NCBI GenBank assembly: GCA_045643205.1
Contig: JAZUKI010000007.1
Coordinates: 32,001 to 96,000, forward strand
DNA length: 64,000 nucleotides
Direction: 5' to 3'
DNA from: Clostridia bacterium
GTDB taxonomy: Bacteria > Bacillota > Clostridia > TANB77 > CAG-508
Below, in pieces: positions 60,098-64,000 of the stretch (position 1 is the stretch's first letter; each line of letters begins with the position of its first letter). The notes under the pieces were generated by a model, which did no database searches, was not told where the DNA came from, and worked only from the letters and a program-made list of their open reading frames with translations. A program made the translations under genes and the position numbers.

Positions 60098-62305
60098 TTA
60101 ATGTCCTCTCTTTACATCATAAACGCTATCTATTTTTTCTAAATCTCTAATTATTTTATCTAACATTTGTGTATTTTTTACTTCTAATTTTAGATTTATT
60201 GTTACTATTTTTTCGTGATTTACCGCTGCTTTTATTGAAAGCATAGCAGTATCACTTTTAGTTATTAAAACAACTATATCTGATAATAGGTCATCTCTAT
60301 CATTTGCAAAGATATTAACTTCAACATTGTAAGTAGTGTTTACTTTTTCTTCATCCCAATAAACCTCTACAATTCTTTCACCTTCAGTAAATAATTCTTT
60401 TACATTAGTACAATCTTTACGATGTACTGTAACACCTCTACCTCTTGTGATATATCCAATAATTTCATCGCCTTGAACTGGATTACAGCATTTTGAAAGT
60501 TTAACTAAACAATTATCAATTCCTTTAACGATAATTCCAGTCTTTGATTTAGAACGAACTTTTCTGTTTTGAATTTCATGAAGTTCTTCCATCTTTTCTT
60601 CGATATTAATTTTATCTTTGTTTTCTTTTCTATATTCTTCTAAAACTCTTGATATAAACTTATTTGCTCCAATTGAACCAAATCCAACTGCAGAATACAT
60701 ATCTTCAATTGTTTTAAAAGCAAATTTTTGTAGTGCAGGTTTAACAAATTGATCTGCAAATAATTCATCTTCTTGCATTCCAATTTTCTTAACTTCTTTT
60801 TCTACAATTTCTTTACCTTTATCAATGTTTTGTTGTCTATCCCTCTTTTTGAAGAATTTTAAAATTTTTGTTTTAGCTTGAGTTGATTTAATAAACTTCA
60901 ACCAATCTCTACTAGGTCCTTTTGAATTGTCATTTGTTATAACCTCAACTATATCACCATTTTTCAAAGGTGTTATAATTGGCATCATTCTTGAATTTAT
61001 TTTTGCTCCGACCATCTTGTTACCAATTTGGTCGTGAATTAAATATGCAAAATCAATTGGTGTACTGCCCTTAGGTAATGTTTTTATTTCACCCTTTGGT
61101 GTAAAAACATAAACTTCGTCTTCAAATAACTCTGTTTTTAAAGTTGCTAAGAACTCTTGTGGATCTTGCATATCTTTTTGCCATTCTAAACTTTCACGAA
61201 GCCAAGATAATTTATCTTCATTAACTACTACGTTTACCTTTTTTCCTCTAGCAAAACTTTGCTCTTTATATGCCCAGTGAGCAGCAATACCAAATTCAGC
61301 AATTCTATGCATATTATAAGTTCTAATTTGAACTTCAAATGGTGTTCCACCTTTACCAAGTAATGTTGTATGTAATGATTGATACATATTTGGTTTTGGA
61401 ACTGCTATGTAGTCTTTAAATTTTCCTGGCATTGGGTTATACATTTCATGAACTACACCAAGTGCTGCATAACAATCTTTTACTGAATTTACTAATATTC
61501 TTAATGCAAACAAATCATAAATTTGATCTAATGTTTTATTATCTCTTTGCATTTTTCTATAAATTGAATATAAATGCTTTGCTCTTCCTGTAATTTCAGC
61601 AACAACATGATTCTTTTTTAAAGCATCCTTTATTTCATCTTCAATTTCATTAAGTATTTTAATTCTTTCTTCTCTCTTTTTATCTATACCTTCGACAATT
61701 TCTCTATAGTCTTCTGGATATAAATATTTGAAAGCAAGATCTTCAAGTTCCCATTTTAGGTTATAAATACCTAATCTGTTAGCTAATGGTGCATACAAAT
61801 CCATTGTTTCTTGTGCGTTTGCTATTTGTCTATCTCTTGATAAATATTTTAGTGTACGCATATTATGCAATCTATCTGAAATTTTAATCAATACAACTCT
61901 TATATCTTTTCCCATTGCAAGAAACATTTTTCTGTAGTTCTCAACTTGTTGCTCTTCAGCTGTTGCATAATTTATCTTTCCTAATTTAGTTACTCCATTA
62001 ACCATTTCAGCAATTTCTTCAGAAAAGTTTGTAGCTATGTCTTCTATAGTTACATCTGTATCTTCAGCAAGATCGTGCATTAATGCAGCACATATTGTTG
62101 CATCATCAAGTCCTAAATTAGCAACTATATAAGCAACTTGAAGTGGATGAACAATATATGGCTCGCCAGATTTTCTCTTTTGATCTCCATGATGTTGATA
62201 TGCATATTCATATGCTCTTTTTATTAATTTTGCATCTGATTTCTTAAAATGTAATTTAGCTTCTGCTATTACATCTTCAATTGTTTTATCTACTATTTCA
62301 GACAT
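60098..62305 (-). CDS. rel: Bifunctional (p)ppGpp synthetase/hydrolase Rel
   Basis: RKSGEPYIVHP, MHD (HD domain), DRLHNMRTL, KDYIAVPKPNMYQSLHT, TGS domain, KCCNP, ACT domain. Confidence 0.97.
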   Translation of the reverse strand: MSEIVDKTIEDVIAEAKLHFKKSDAKLIKRAYEYAYQHHGDQKRKSGEPYIVHPLQVAYIVANLGLDDATICAALMHDLAEDTDVTIEDIATNFSEEIAEMVNGVTKLGKINYATAEEQQVENYRKMFLAMGKDIRVVLIKISDRLHNMRTLKYLSRDRQIANAQETMDLYAPLANRLGIYNLKWELEDLAFKYLYPEDYREIVEGIDKKREERIKILNEIEDEIKDALKKNHVVAEITGRAKHLYSIYRKMQRDNKTLDQIYDLFALRILVNSVKDCYAALGVVHEMYNPMPGKFKDYIAVPKPNMYQSLHTTLLGKGGTPFEVQIRTYNMHRIAEFGIAAHWAYKEQSFARGKKVNVVVNEDKLSWLRESLEWQKDMQDPQEFLATLKTELFEDEVYVFTPKGEIKTLPKGSTPIDFAYLIHDQIGNKMVGAKINSRMMPIITPLKNGDIVEVITNDNSKGPSRDWLKFIKSTQAKTKILKFFKKRDRQQNIDKGKEIVEKEVKKIGMQEDELFADQFVKPALQKFAFKTIEDMYSAVGFGSIGANKFISRVLEEYRKENKDKINIEEKMEELHEIQNRKVRSKSKTGIIVKGIDNCLVKLSKCCNPVQGDEIIGYITRGRGVTVHRKDCTNVKELFTEGERIVEVYWDEEKVNTTYNVEVNIFANDRDDLLSDIVVLITKSDTAMLSIKAAVNHEKIVTINLKLEVKNTQMLDKIIRDLEKIDSVYDVKRGH

Positions 62306-62449
62306 CTCTAACTCCTTTCCTTAAGAATCTTTTAAATTTTATCTTAAGTCAAAATTTCTTTATTCTATGCTTACTAATTATAAACTAATTTTCTAAACTA
62401 TTTAATACTTTTAAGTAAATCTTTCTAAACTATTTATGTGTTTTTAACT

Positions 62450-64000
62450 CTATTTAACACTTTTTCTTAAATCTTTTAAAACAATTTGTATATTCTTTTT
62501 GCCATTAAATTCATTAATTTCTAAGTTTCCGGCAATATCAATTTTATCACCTATTAAATAATTGTCAGCAACTTCTCCTAATCCAAATCCGATTGCATCA
62601 ACATTGTTATTTCCTGATTGTAATTGAAGTTTTAAATGTTTTCCATCAGATAATTTTCTTATGGCAACAATTTTTAAATCTTTATAAATAAACGTTGGAT
62701 TATTGTTTCCTGATCCGAATGGTTCTAGCAATTTTAATTCTTCGATTGACCTTAAATCAAAATTTTTATCGCTAATTTCATAATCAATATTTAGAACAGG
62801 AACCATCATTTCATCTGTTATTTTTGAATTTGCATATTTTTCAAACTCATCTCTAAATGCTTCAAACTCATTTATTTCTAGTTTACATCCAATAGCCATT
62901 GAATGTCCGCCAGTTTGTATCAAATGATCACTGCATTGTAGCATTGCATCATGTAAGTCAAAACCTTCGATGCTTCTACCTGATCCGTGTGCTATTTCTT
63001 CTTCAAAATTTATAAGAATACTTGGCTTATAATATCTTTCCGTTATTTTTGAAGAAATAATTCCTATAACTCCATTATGCCATTTTTTCTTTCCAACTAC
63101 TAATGCTTTTGCTGTCTCATAACGTGGATCTGAAGCTATTTCCCAAATTGCTTCTTCAAAAATTCTTTTTTCAATATCTTGTCTTTGCTTGTTAAAATCT
63201 TCAATTATTTCTGCTTTTTTTCTAGCAACAATTGGATCTTCTGTTACTAATAATTCTAATGCTTCTTCTTGATGTCCCATTCTTCCGCATGCATTAATTC
63301 TAGGTGAAATACCAAAAGAAACAGTTTGTGAATCTAATGTTTTAAATTTACATTGATTAAATAAAGTTCTTAATCCAACATTTTTTGTTTGAGCTACTAA
63401 AAGTAGCCCTAGTTTTGCTATAACTCTATTCTCGTTTTCAAGTGGCACTATGTCCGAAATTGTTCCTATTGCAGCTAAATCTAAATATTTTAAGCTTTCA
63501 TTTTCGCTTATATCAAGTGCTTTAGTTAATGCTTGTGTTAATTTAAAAGCAACTCCGCATCCACATAATTCTCTGAATGGATATTGGCTATCTTTTCTTT
63601 TGCAGTCTACAACTGCTACTGCATCTGGAATTTCTTCTGCTGGTTCGTGGTGATCGGTAACAATTACATCCATATTTAATTTTTTTGCAAGCTCGACTTG
63701 CTCGTTTGCTGTAATTCCTGTATCAACTGTAATTATTAAATTGTATCCATCGTCTGCAATTTTATTTATAGCATCGTTGTTTAAACCATATCCTTCATTT
63801 AATCTATTAGGTATATATGTTCCAACTTCAACGCCTCTGTCTTTAAAATATCTTTTTAACAAAGTTGTACTTGTAATTCCGTCAACATCATAATCGCCAT
63901 AAATAGCAATCTTTTCATTTGTTGTTATTGCTTTAAGAATTCTATCAACAGCTTTTTTCATGTCTGGCATTTCATATGGATCATAAAAATCATTTCTAGT
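62450..64000 (-). CDS. recJ: Single-stranded DNA exonuclease RecJ (N-terminus outside the window)
   Basis: YGDYDVDG, EGYGLN, TVDTG, TDHH, GTISD, PRINACGR, GSGRS, GGH; frame stays open to the window edge (TRNDFYDPYEMPDM). Confidence 0.96.
   Translation of the reverse strand, partial: TRNDFYDPYEMPDMKKAVDRILKAITTNEKIAIYGDYDVDGITSTTLLKRYFKDRGVEVGTYIPNRLNEGYGLNNDAINKIADDGYNLIITVDTGITANEQVELAKKLNMDVIVTDHHEPAEEIPDAVAVVDCKRKDSQYPFRELCGCGVAFKLTQALTKALDISENESLKYLDLAAIGTISDIVPLENENRVIAKLGLLLVAQTKNVGLRTLFNQCKFKTLDSQTVSFGISPRINACGRMGHQEEALELLVTEDPIVARKKAEIIEDFNKQRQDIEKRIFEEAIWEIASDPRYETAKALVVGKKKWHNGVIGIISSKITERYYKPSILINFEEEIAHGSGRSIEGFDLHDAMLQCSDHLIQTGGHSMAIGCKLEINEFEAFRDEFEKYANSKITDEMMVPVLNIDYEISDKNFDLRSIEELKLLEPFGSGNNNPTFIYKDLKIVAIRKLSDGKHLKLQLQSGNNNVDAIGFGLGEVADNYLIGDKIDIAGNLEINEFNGKKNIQIVLKDLRKSVK

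Noticed and set aside
4807-63653. Many short ORFs in the track that are antisense or alternate-frame to long genes
   Set aside because: They overlap well-supported genes, lack SD sequences and have the composition expected of shadow ORFs in AT-rich DNA.

Overview
Very AT-rich chromosomal segment of a Firmicute. Gene content and order look like an uncultured, streamlined Clostridia; this taxonomy is inference only. Most genes lie on the minus strand. Housekeeping content: mutL (partial), mgtE, tsaC, trxA, alr, short alaS, two tandem ackA, mscL, addA, folD-priA-def-fmt, rplM-rpsI, infC-rpmI-rplT with an L20 leader, veg, valS, greA, rpmB, rpsF-ssb-rpsR, carD, dnaG-rpoD, dut, recJ (partial)-rel-hisS, and three tRNAs (Gln, His, Met). 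No transposase, integrase, prophage, CRISPR array or rRNA was seen. The most unusual observations are: (1) two compositionally atypical stand-alone genes (a beta-CASP metallo-beta-lactamase nuclease and a Pro/Thr-repeat surface protein), each inside a promoter-to-terminator unit whose 5' and 3' UTRs are complementary, with a shared TTTTTTG motif just before the 5' arm; (2) a primary sigma factor with a ~320-aa histone-H1-like plus charged-helix N-terminal extension; (3) a RelB/DinJ ribbon-helix-helix domain fused to a Nudix domain lacking catalytic glutamates, with no toxin partner, upstream of a kinase-GT2-GT8 cluster.
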